From a virus (lineage: Duplodnaviria > Caudoviricetes): DNA of 43,353 nt. The stretch covers positions 1-43,353 of the IMG/VR virus record IMGVR_UViG_3300042109_000041; one strand, given 5' to 3'. Below the pieces are notes generated by a model, which was given only the letters and a program-made list of their open reading frames with translations, searched no databases and was not told the DNA's origin. The position numbers were made by a program, and so were the translations under genes. Positions 34,816 through 43,353 of the stretch are shown in pieces. How positions within the stretch are numbered: the stretch's first letter is position 1; each line of letters opens with the position of its first letter.

Positions 34816-37563
34816 TTAGCGTCTAAACAGTGGGACAAGGTTTTGCTTCACAAAGTTAGCTTGACGATCTTGGCTGTACTGGAACGATTGATTAGGAATA
34901 CCTGATCCAGGCTTGTAGATCTGGATGTGAACGTGTCCAGGATCTCCTGCACCAGTACCAGAACGTCCTGGAACGCTGTCGTGAGGGCTATCGTCACCAC
35001 TCTTACCAACAGGACGACCACGAGTGATTTGATCACCAGTACGCCAGTAAAGCTGAGCTAGGTGAGCAATGCGGATCCGATCACCTTTGTTGTAACCAGG
35101 ACCAGCACTAGCAGCTTCAATAATGATGCTATTACCAAAGCCACCATCCCTACCTGCGTAGATCACACGACCACTAATAGGTGCAGGAACATTGTTTGCA
35201 ACCTGACCGGTCTGACGGACAAGAGTGAAATCAATAGCTCTGTTTTGGCTATGACCGTGGTGGTAGTTAGTAATGCGAATACCTACATCACTAGGAGCAG
35301 AACCAGTAGCAGCGTTTACAGGACGAACAGAAGCTTCAATCTGTTTTGCTCGCTGAGACAGGTTAGGAGGCAAGAACTCGTTACCGTAATAGGTCTTGAG
35401 TTGCCGTTCAATAATCTCAGACACAGGGATCTTGCCTTGGAACGCAGTACCACTCAGATTGCTAAGAGATTGCCTAAGAGCCTGACTAATAGCACCTGTA
35501 TTACCAGTAAGAACTGCTTTGTTCAGTTCTCCAATTTCAACATCGTTAAACAGCATTTGACTGTTCAAAGCTGTACGAGCAAGGTTTGGATTACGCCCAT
35601 AAGTACTAGAAGCAGCAGCAGACCACGCAGCACGGTTATCGGTATCTTTGATATCAATAACCCAACGACCACTAGAGTCTTTCCGAGAGCTCCCAAGAGC
35701 CGGTGCAGCAGCTTTAGCGCCTAGTTTGCCGTAGTTAGTGATGTTGTAATAACGATCAACGTCGTTGTACTCAGGACGGCTGTAGAAATCAGTTTGAGCC
35801 TTTTTAAGGATCTCAAGCTGCACAGCAGGATCGTTCACATCTTTACCAGCTTGACGAGCACGATTGATCTCACGAGTCAGGTATTGAGATCCTTCTGCGT
35901 TAAGACGTTGTTTGGCTTCAATAATGGCTTGGTTAAGGTAAGCACGTTTCTGTTTAGGAATCTCACCTTTCTCTATGTCCATTGCTTTGATCTGAGGATC
36001 CTGCATGAAAGACCCTTTAAGACCATCTAGCAGGCCTTTAAGTAACGTCTTCTGCACAGTATTAGTAACAGCTCGATCAGCAGCGTTATCAGACCTACGA
36101 GCGTTACCAAACAGTTTCAAAGCATCTACATAAAGATTGGTGCCTTGAAGTTGAGAACGAAGATCAGCAGGCATTTCCGTCACACCTGCATCGATCAAAT
36201 CTTTAGCTTGCTCCAACAGTGCTGCACCTTGCTCAGGCGTCAGAAGGCGGTTAGAGAACTTGTATTGATCACGAATAAGATCTACAGCGCCTTGGTACGA
36301 CATACCTTGAGGCAAGTAACCACGTCGAGATTGTTCTAGTGCAAAAGCCTCTTCTTGTTGGATACGCTGAATGATCTGAGCATCAGTAGCGTTGGGGTTT
36401 TCAGTCCACCAAAGTGTTGAACGGTCTTTAATAGTCCGTTGAAACTCCCGCTGTTGACGTTGAATACCACGCTCAATAGAACCTTCACGCAGCTCTTCAC
36501 GTTTGGTAGCTCGGTCTACAGCCCCTTCAATAACGTTTCTAAGGTTGCGGCCTTTACTATCACGCAAATCTGTCAGCTTAATACCGTCAACATCAATTTC
36601 TCCAAGAGTTCTCAGAATGTTGTAGGCGCTGTACGTCTGGCCGATATCGTTTAGTTGATCGCCGTTAGCGTCAAGGAAAACAGCATCTTTATCAAACAAA
36701 TCAAACAAAGCATCAGTAGCTTCTTGCTTTGAATAACCGTTCTTATTGATCAGCCAATCACGTTGTTCATTAACACCAGCTTTTAGTAGATCAGTACCAA
36801 ACTGAGTTTCACCTGTAGCACGGTTGAACTGAGCACCAAGTTTCCACTTACCAAGCAGGATTTGTGAACCTGTTTGTTTGATGGTTCGATCCTTAAGCTC
36901 AAAAGCTTTGTTGTTTACATCAGCTTTGAGATCAGCAATCGTTGCACCAATAAGCGGGTCAATCTTTGCAGCTCTAAAAGCTTCTGGAACGTCTGCATAA
37001 GGCGTTAGAAGCTCTTGGGCTTTAGCAGCAATAGCAGCAGCACGTTCAGCAGGAGAACTAATCTCAGCCAAACGAGAGGCTTGCTGCTTACCCCAAGCGG
37101 CTAGTTCAACAGCTGCAGTTTGACCAGCGTTAGTAGCTTTGGTGTCGTAGAAGAAGAAGTTTACCCAAGGGTTACTTAGTCGAGTCTGGTTAGCAAGAGC
37201 AATCTCACCTTGCTTTTGAAGCCTCTTAGTTTCATCAGCAATAGCTTGAGTGTCTTCAAGAGCTTTTGCTTCTTGTTGTAGAAGAGTTTCTGCTTGGCGT
37301 TTCTTATCCTCTTTGTACTTTTCAAAGATTAAATTCTGGGTAGCTTGAAACATTCCGTTCTCACCCAGGAATGATTCAATACTTTGAAGCGTCTGACGGG
37401 TCTTGGTATCCTCCTGGAACCGACGACCATACATCAACTGCCCACCAACCTGTTCAGGCGTAGCAGCAGGACGAGCAGGTTCTGGAAGCCGTTCAGGAGC
37501 TGCAGGAGCCTGTGTCAGATCACGGACCTGACGCTGAGGGTTAATACCAAAACTACTTGTCAT
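34816..37563 (-). CDS. Internal virion protein (gp15 position) with a C-terminal M23-like peptidase domain
   Basis: 915 aa; C-terminus RAIDF...V.AP.SGRV..AG..GFGN.I.I...AHL....GD....G..VG.SG....GHVH. Confidence 0.82.
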   Translation of the reverse strand: MTSSFGINPQRQVRDLTQAPAAPERLPEPARPAATPEQVGGQLMYGRRFQEDTKTRQTLQSIESFLGENGMFQATQNLIFEKYKEDKKRQAETLLQQEAKALEDTQAIADETKRLQKQGEIALANQTRLSNPWVNFFFYDTKATNAGQTAAVELAAWGKQQASRLAEISSPAERAAAIAAKAQELLTPYADVPEAFRAAKIDPLIGATIADLKADVNNKAFELKDRTIKQTGSQILLGKWKLGAQFNRATGETQFGTDLLKAGVNEQRDWLINKNGYSKQEATDALFDLFDKDAVFLDANGDQLNDIGQTYSAYNILRTLGEIDVDGIKLTDLRDSKGRNLRNVIEGAVDRATKREELREGSIERGIQRQQREFQRTIKDRSTLWWTENPNATDAQIIQRIQQEEAFALEQSRRGYLPQGMSYQGAVDLIRDQYKFSNRLLTPEQGAALLEQAKDLIDAGVTEMPADLRSQLQGTNLYVDALKLFGNARRSDNAADRAVTNTVQKTLLKGLLDGLKGSFMQDPQIKAMDIEKGEIPKQKRAYLNQAIIEAKQRLNAEGSQYLTREINRARQAGKDVNDPAVQLEILKKAQTDFYSRPEYNDVDRYYNITNYGKLGAKAAAPALGSSRKDSSGRWVIDIKDTDNRAAWSAAASSTYGRNPNLARTALNSQMLFNDVEIGELNKAVLTGNTGAISQALRQSLSNLSGTAFQGKIPVSEIIERQLKTYYGNEFLPPNLSQRAKQIEASVRPVNAATGSAPSDVGIRITNYHHGHSQNRAIDFTLVRQTGQVANNVPAPISGRVIYAGRDGGFGNSIIIEAASAGPGYNKGDRIRIAHLAQLYWRTGDQITRGRPVGKSGDDSPHDSVPGRSGTGAGDPGHVHIQIYKPGSGIPNQSFQYSQDRQANFVKQNLVPLFRR

Positions 37564-38438
37564 TGTGGTGCTTCGTTAGGAACAACAGTGGGTGCAGGTG
37601 CAGGAACAGTTGGGATCTTACCTTTTACTTTCTCAGGATCAGGCGGAAGCATATCCCTGTAACTATTCAAAGCGTTAAAGGCTGCACCAGTTATCTGCAT
37701 CGTAAGAGCAGAACGTGACGGACCACTAACTCGTGAAGGCTGAACAGCTTTAATAGGTAACGGAGCTAGTGGTTTAACTGGATCAGCAAATGGTTGAGGG
37801 TTGTAATACTGAACTTGATTGGTTGTGTTCTCACGAGCAATGTTTGCAGCTTCAGCAGCCCTGATCTTGTCGTTGAGACGGAAGTTACGGGTGATCTGAC
37901 GGTTGCTGACGTTAGCCAGGTACTGTTGGTTGTACTGCTGTTGGAGGCTCTCTACAGTTCTACCAGCCTGTCCAGAAGATGCCGCCTTTGCTTTAGAGGC
38001 AATAGCTTGAGCTCTGATGCTTTCCAGCTCAATGGTGTCTTTAGCCTCTTCCTCATAGAACCTACCTTCAAGGTCCGCTAGCTGCCGTTCAAAGTTCTTG
38101 GTAGCAGCAGTAGCTACTTGACCCTTATACACAGCTTGTTGTTCAGCCAGCATCTGTTCATACTGACGACGCCTTTCAACGTAATCAGATTCCCGATACC
38201 AAGCGTCTAGTTGAAGTTCGTAATTTCTGTAATTTTGTTGATTTTGATCTGCATATTGCGTCCAGAACTGTCTACGAGCTTCTGCTGTTGCACGTTTTGC
38301 TTCAGCTTCTTGAAAGTCGTAAGCACCCTTAGCTGCAATAGCGTTTACTGAAAACTCAGCAAGCGACAGGATGGAAGGAAGACTGAAAATAGTGTCCTTA
38401 AGTTTGTTTAGATCAGAAGGCTGCTTAGGTTCTGCCAT
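37560..38438 (-). CDS. Internal virion protein (gp14 position)
   Basis: A/Q-rich coiled coil with A.ASSG.AGRTV; follows tail tube B. Confidence 0.75.
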   Translation of the reverse strand: MAEPKQPSDLNKLKDTIFSLPSILSLAEFSVNAIAAKGAYDFQEAEAKRATAEARRQFWTQYADQNQQNYRNYELQLDAWYRESDYVERRRQYEQMLAEQQAVYKGQVATAATKNFERQLADLEGRFYEEEAKDTIELESIRAQAIASKAKAASSGQAGRTVESLQQQYNQQYLANVSNRQITRNFRLNDKIRAAEAANIARENTTNQVQYYNPQPFADPVKPLAPLPIKAVQPSRVSGPSRSALTMQITGAAFNALNSYRDMLPPDPEKVKGKIPTVPAPAPTVVPNEAPQ

Positions 38439-41400
38439 TAAAACTTCCTACCAGCAATGTTGAAGTACAGACCAGTCCACTCAAGAGCTACAAACTTAGC
38501 CTGATCAATACTGCTATTAACTAGTTCCACTGTAACTTGATCGTTCTTACTCAGGATATGCGCTCTGAATTTAGATTGCTCAAACGGCTCCTCTTCACTC
38601 AAAACAATGTTTGCGTTGAGAGGGTCCCTGCGATCAAACTCATACGTTGAGGTATCCCTGAACTTAGGAGTCACTTGAACTTGGAAGTACCGACTGTCGT
38701 TGTAGTAGAAGTCGATGTACTTCAGTTGCAGACGACCAGAACGAGAACCAACAAAGGTGTTCTCAGTAGCAGCCCGATCAAACGGCATGATTGTCGGAGG
38801 TTGATACTTAAACGTAAACAGCTCTCCAAACGTCCAGGAGCTAGATGAGAAGTCACCAATGCTGTCGCACACAAAGCTAGTAACACCAGCAGGGACGTTA
38901 GCTGCCACAATCCAACGCTTCTTAGCTTCGTTAGCGTCTGTAGCGTCTTGCTTGATTACAACAAACTGACTGGTGTTAACAGTGCGGTAAGGCAACGTAA
39001 CAGTTGTTTTGTTCGTACCAGCGTCGTAGCTAAAACTAGCTGTACCAATGTCAGTACTGATGGAGCTAGAGATCCGACGATCAAGCAGAAACACCTCATC
39101 ACTACTTTGAGGCGGTCTTGAGACGTTAATAGCTTCAAGATAATACTCAGTGCTAGCTCCGTTCACATAGCTTGTAGTGGTGAACAGAGTGCCCTCAATA
39201 AAGTCACACCAATGGATGCTCTTGTTCGGGAAGGTCCATTTATGCCAAGCGTTCTGACGGTTAGTTAGAGAGCCACCAGAAGCCTCCCAGAAGAACTGGT
39301 AAATATACAGAGTGTCAGGATCGTCAGCACTGAGAGCTACCAAGAAGTTATCAGTTTTACTGACAGCCAAAGAAGCGATGTTCTTAGGAATGTACTTTGG
39401 AATCGTTTCAGTAATAACAGCGGTTTGACCGAGGTTAATACCAACTGTTCTGTCAGTCGTAATAAACGTATGGAACCCAGTGAAGTCTCCCTCTTTAACA
39501 GGGAACAACACCTGAGGTCCAATCTGTTCAGGCTTTACCTTGTCCTCCATACTGATCGAACTGATTCGACCCACAGCAGCTGTTTGAGGACTGAACGTAA
39601 CGTTGTCACCAGAGTACAGACGGAACTGGTTTTCGCTTGAGAACAGCACAAGTTCATCCTGTTGCTGCAACGCAAAGTTCAACACAGCAACATCGTTACT
39701 GATCGCAGTCAGGTCAATAGGATCATCATCTACAACTTGTACTGCAGACTGCTGCCAAAAGTTGAAGTAATCAGCAGCTTGGCTAAGGATGACGTTCTCA
39801 CCACTGATGAACCCAAGACGGTTCTTAAAGAACACCACATCGTTAATGGTGTTGTTTACGAACGAAGGTCCAGGGTTCAAAGTCTCATCACCAGACAGCC
39901 TGGAGGTCCAACCAGGAAGATCTACGGTGACTGTTCCATCGGTGTAGTTACTGTCGTTAAACGGTTGTAGTGTAAACCGAACAAGCCCGTCAGCGTTCTT
40001 GTAATAGACAAACGCATGAGGCATTGTTGCAGCACTCAATACCCCTCGGCTACCAGGAGCACCTTCTTCAACCCAAGTACCTTTACCGAACACACCGTTA
40101 GTCGTGGTGTTTTGAGCGTCAAAGGTTAGGTAGTACGAGCTTTGGTCTGCAGAACCATCAGGAGCAACCTTAACGGTATAGCCCTCCCAGTCAAACGGAG
40201 GCAGCTCTGTAATAGCACCCACACGGTCTGTAAAGCCAGACATAAGGCTGTTACCACGAGCATCGGTAGCAGTCAGACTTTTGATGTACCTAGAGGAACT
40301 GACAAGGCCAATAAGGATCTGAGAACCACGAACCTCAAAAGTCAGTTTGTTGTTGATATCAGTGTTATCAAGACCATCCCCGAGGGTTATGGTTGTTGTG
40401 CCGTTAGCCGTTGCGTTAACTGCAACTCCAGCCTCAGTAACCAACGTAAAACTATTAGCACCAGAAACCCTAGTTACTGCTCCTACAAAGGAGTTAGCAG
40501 GAATACCAGTGCCACTTACGAGTTCTCCTGGGTAAACCTTTTCAATATCAGCGTCAGAAACAGTATCGATGATGTTGCTGCCAATCGTTGTTTTACCACT
40601 AATGGTTTCAGTCCAATTAACAAGACGAGCAGCAATATCCTCAGAGCTAACAACGTTGGTGTTACCACCACTGTCAGTAAGAGAGGGGGTTAAGTAATGA
40701 CCAACAATAACGTCACCATCGTCTAGCTCAACACGAACCTCATACATCGTGTCGTAGTCAACCAGCTTGACCCATACCTGACCTTTGATGGGTTGATACG
40801 CTGAACCAATAAGACCGACGTTGAACCTTGTAAGAGTTTCAGTGCTGTCGTAAAGAGCTACCTTCTGAGTGTTTGTAATAAACACATAATCTTGGAACGA
40901 GGTAGCTCTAAAGCGATCACGAGCCATCCCAGAACCACGAAGGTATCCAAGGTTTGTCGTTGTGATGTTGGCAAAGATTTGTTCTACAGGAACAACGTTT
41001 AGCTCAGTACCAGACAGCTCTTCTAAGTTTGCAATACCTGCAACAAATGTGTTGCTAGAAGCAATCGTCAGCGTTACACTAGTAGCTGTAGTTGTAGCGT
41101 TCTTACTCAGCGTAAGCTTTGCTCCAGCAATATCAATGGCAGTAATAACAGTACCAGTAGGAATACCAGAACCACTGACAGAAGCCCCCACATAAAGGTC
41201 TGTAGTCATTGAACCGCTAACACTGCTAACAACGGAAGACCCGCTAGTAGTGTTAGCTGTACGAGTAATGGTACGACTGTCGTCAGCAGCAATCAAAACA
41301 AAGCGTTCAGTGCTACTACGGTTGTAGATAAAGTACCAAGCCTCGTTCCATTTAATAGGGTTTACAAGACTGGCTCCACCAGCGTTCTTGGTAAGCGTAT

Positions 41401-41569
41401 CAATACGCTTTACAGGTACAGAACCAAGACGCTTCTTAAGACCCTCTACAAGGTCACACACGCCGTTCTCAAGAACCTTTGCAAAGCCAGGCAGTACAAG
41501 ACTGTCAGCCTGTTGGTTAACACCTTTATTAAGTGGTGTAATAACTTGGCTAAGAAGTTCTTTAGACAT
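38438..41569 (-). CDS. Tail tubular protein B / nozzle (T7 gp12-like), enlarged
   Basis: GVNQQ.D, GL.KR.G, MPH, W..R..GD...NP.PSF, FFKNRLGF, DDPID, QNAWHKW, GRLQL. Confidence 0.95.
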   Translation of the reverse strand: MSKELLSQVITPLNKGVNQQADSLVLPGFAKVLENGVCDLVEGLKKRLGSVPVKRIDTLTKNAGGASLVNPIKWNEAWYFIYNRSSTERFVLIAADDSRTITRTANTTSGSSVVSSVSGSMTTDLYVGASVSGSGIPTGTVITAIDIAGAKLTLSKNATTTATSVTLTIASSNTFVAGIANLEELSGTELNVVPVEQIFANITTTNLGYLRGSGMARDRFRATSFQDYVFITNTQKVALYDSTETLTRFNVGLIGSAYQPIKGQVWVKLVDYDTMYEVRVELDDGDVIVGHYLTPSLTDSGGNTNVVSSEDIAARLVNWTETISGKTTIGSNIIDTVSDADIEKVYPGELVSGTGIPANSFVGAVTRVSGANSFTLVTEAGVAVNATANGTTTITLGDGLDNTDINNKLTFEVRGSQILIGLVSSSRYIKSLTATDARGNSLMSGFTDRVGAITELPPFDWEGYTVKVAPDGSADQSSYYLTFDAQNTTTNGVFGKGTWVEEGAPGSRGVLSAATMPHAFVYYKNADGLVRFTLQPFNDSNYTDGTVTVDLPGWTSRLSGDETLNPGPSFVNNTINDVVFFKNRLGFISGENVILSQAADYFNFWQQSAVQVVDDDPIDLTAISNDVAVLNFALQQQDELVLFSSENQFRLYSGDNVTFSPQTAAVGRISSISMEDKVKPEQIGPQVLFPVKEGDFTGFHTFITTDRTVGINLGQTAVITETIPKYIPKNIASLAVSKTDNFLVALSADDPDTLYIYQFFWEASGGSLTNRQNAWHKWTFPNKSIHWCDFIEGTLFTTTSYVNGASTEYYLEAINVSRPPQSSDEVFLLDRRISSSISTDIGTASFSYDAGTNKTTVTLPYRTVNTSQFVVIKQDATDANEAKKRWIVAANVPAGVTSFVCDSIGDFSSSSWTFGELFTFKYQPPTIMPFDRAATENTFVGSRSGRLQLKYIDFYYNDSRYFQVQVTPKFRDTSTYEFDRRDPLNANIVLSEEEPFEQSKFRAHILSKNDQVTVELVNSSIDQAKFVALEWTGLYFNIAGRKF

Positions 41570-42207
41570 CAGCGATCAAGAATGTCAGGACCAAACACAG
41601 TCATCACACGGCCACCGTACATATCATCAGGACCACTGATGTAGTTGTAGTTCTGAGCCATGTCCTCAGTACGCTTCAATGTTTGAAGAGCGTTCTTCTC
41701 GTCCTCCGCTGTATAAGCCTCAATACTGGAGGAAGTCATTGCACGGTTAGAAAACATCCGTGCTGCTCGGATCATGATGTAACGACGACCCGTTTCAGGA
41801 ATACTGTCCCAATCCAGTTCTTCAATAATCTCAGCAACAAGATCACTGGTATTACCAGTCACAGCTACACCAAGGCTACCCCTCAGATCGTATGTATTCT
41901 TAACGCGATCAAAAAGCCGCAGACCGCGAAGAACAAACCTTTGAGACGGGTACGATAACGGATTGAATCGTACAGCCAAGGTGTTGCTAGGAAGCTGGGA
42001 CTGGCCTGTAGAAGCGTCCAGAGGAATGGAGTCATACAGCATCGTGTTCCAGGACCAACCAGCACCTTGAACCTCTCGGCTCACTTCATCCAAGGTACGC
42101 TCTGCAAGACTAGCGTCGCCAGTTAGAGGGGGGTTAAGGGAGTTAACAGGAGCTTCACCAATAATGGCGAGAAGCGTATTAACTGCACTGAGCTTTGTAG
42201 TCGCCAA
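41569..42207 (-). CDS. Tail tubular protein A / adaptor (T7 gp11-like)
   Basis: T.L.AVN.LL..IGEAPV.SL, VSREVQ..GW.WN, IPE..RRYI..RAAR. TTG start with GGAGGAG SD. Confidence 0.95.
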   Translation of the reverse strand: MATTKLSAVNTLLAIIGEAPVNSLNPPLTGDASLAERTLDEVSREVQGAGWSWNTMLYDSIPLDASTGQSQLPSNTLAVRFNPLSYPSQRFVLRGLRLFDRVKNTYDLRGSLGVAVTGNTSDLVAEIIEELDWDSIPETGRRYIMIRAARMFSNRAMTSSSIEAYTAEDEKNALQTLKRTEDMAQNYNYISGPDDMYGGRVMTVFGPDILDR

Positions 42208-42526
42208 GGAACTCCTCCATTTTTGAGCGGCGACGCTCGCCCATGAATGGCAAGAGAGCGTCTACAATTTCCTTCACTTTAGCTTGACGACTTACTTGAG
42301 CTACATAAAGGTCTTTCCACTTTGGATTCTTGTGTGAACGAGGTTTAAAAAGAACCTTTAAATCAAAGATATTTGCAAAGCGCTCAACCACATCTTTATC
42401 TGTCATTTCAATTCCAATGCGCCAACCATTTGCTACGCGCCCATCTTTTCCACTTGGACAGGCAATACAAATATAACCTTCACCTTCAAACAAACCAGCT
42501 GCCCAGGTAAGTTCGCAATAAGACAT
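42179..42526 (-). CDS. Free-standing LAGLIDADG homing endonuclease-like protein
   Basis: WAAGLFEGEG motif, I.MTD.DV...F, LLPFM..RR; ATG 42526 directly after the terminator U-tract. Confidence 0.85.
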   Translation of the reverse strand: MSYCELTWAAGLFEGEGYICIACPSGKDGRVANGWRIGIEMTDKDVVERFANIFDLKVLFKPRSHKNPKWKDLYVAQVSRQAKVKEIVDALLPFMGERRRSKMEEFLGDYKAQCS

Positions 42527-42527
42527 T

Positions 42528-42550
42528 AAAAAGGGGCCCGAAGACCCCTT
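42528..42550 (-). terminator. Rho-independent terminator after the major capsid gene (T-phi position)
   Basis: AAGGGGTC-TTCG-GGCCCCTT-TTT with a UUCG tetraloop. Confidence 0.9.
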
Positions 42551-42579
42551 AACTATAACCCAATTAATAAGTATATGAC

Positions 42580-43353
42580 TTAGTAAGGGTTTCCGTCGGA
42601 GAGGAGACTTACGCAGCACTCAGGGCGAAGAACGCCGTGACCAACTGCATAAGAAGCAACCATCATGGTGCTTTGAGTCATGGCCTTGTATTCAGCACCG
42701 GTCATCTGCATCGACACATCTTTCAGTGCCACAGTACCCACAGCTTCCTTGGTGAAGCACAGGCCGAAGCAGTTAGCGATGGAGGAGGTGTTACCCTGCT
42801 CATCCTGGTAGTAATCGTAGGTACCAGCAGCAGCCTGACCATCAGAGCCGTCACGGCCATTGATGTAGTTAGGACGCTCACCACGGGTCACAGCGGCTTG
42901 GTTGTTCAGACCAACATAGGTCTGGCCGTTGGTGTAGCCGTTAATGCCCAGGTGGTTGGAGGTCAGAAGACGGAAACCAGCCACAGAAGCAACACGGTTA
43001 CCACCGAAGGTACCGTTAGAACCGTTACCACCGTTGAAGTCAGTGTTGATAGCACGATCGCTATTCAGCACGTCGTAGTAGGCACCGGGGGTCAGAACAA
43101 CCACACGGCCTTCCTTAGGAGCATCCTTTTCGTCCAGGGCTTGGCAAGCCTTGAACAGGTTCTCAACGATCAGATCGCCACGAGCGTTACGGTCAGCAGC
43201 ACCGTTCAGATCAATACCGGTGATGGAGGTACCACCAGGCATCGAGTTCAGAACGAACAGACGCTCACCCACAGTGAACTGAGCATTGGTGCCGGTACCG
43301 ATAGCACCCAGAGGGTTGATACCGAAAGTAGCTGCACCGTTGGTAGGAGCAGT
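42580..43353 (-). CDS. Major capsid protein, C-terminal 257 aa
   Basis: Frame is open to the window end; LDEKDAP..GR...L.P..YY, VAGF.L..SNHL, EAVGTV, YAVGHG.LRPEC. Confidence 0.95.
   Translation of the reverse strand, partial: TAPTNGAATFGINPLGAIGTGTNAQFTVGERLFVLNSMPGGTSITGIDLNGAADRNARGDLIVENLFKACQALDEKDAPKEGRVVVLTPGAYYDVLNSDRAINTDFNGGNGSNGTFGGNRVASVAGFRLLTSNHLGINGYTNGQTYVGLNNQAAVTRGERPNYINGRDGSDGQAAAGTYDYYQDEQGNTSSIANCFGLCFTKEAVGTVALKDVSMQMTGAEYKAMTQSTMMVASYAVGHGVLRPECCVSLLSDGNPY

Noticed and set aside
42527-42619. Possible -1 frameshift (A_AAC_CCT) fusing the capsid to the LAGLIDADG frame, like T7 10B
   Set aside because: The -1 frame is open, but over so few codons that this is unremarkable. 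The heptamer has an atypical C-run, a terminator intervenes and the endonuclease has its own ATG.

Overview
The window looks like an essentially complete, circularly permuted ~43.35 kb genome of a T7-related podovirus that probably infects freshwater picocyanobacteria. The host call is inferred from an NblA-like gene, a cyanopodovirus-type RNR and host-type regulator boxes. Almost all genes are on the minus strand. In transcription order these are: small early genes (16.7-14.7 kb); a replication and nucleotide module (SSB, endonuclease I, primase-helicase, PolA, endo VII, exonuclease, DUF3310, MazG-like, class I RNR alpha/beta); portal, scaffold and major capsid (split across the window ends); tail tube A/B, internal virion proteins, tail fibre and a head-spike-like fibre; tiny basic proteins; lysis genes; terS-HNH-nblA-terL; then thyX and an HNH gene. 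A short plus-strand island of small ORFs lies at 13.35-14.66 kb. I see no single-subunit RNA polymerase, sigma factor, integrase or photosystem gene. The most unusual signals are non-coding: (1) a hairpin in front of the gp16-like gene whose loop is complementary to the major-capsid translation-initiation region; (2) a tRNA-shaped element with a rebuilt anticodon arm near the likely genome end; (3) a hairpin holding a cyanobacterial LexA-type box next to a Fur-like palindrome; (4) ~11-bp phased repeat arrays. All family calls come from motif recognition by eye, not from database searches.
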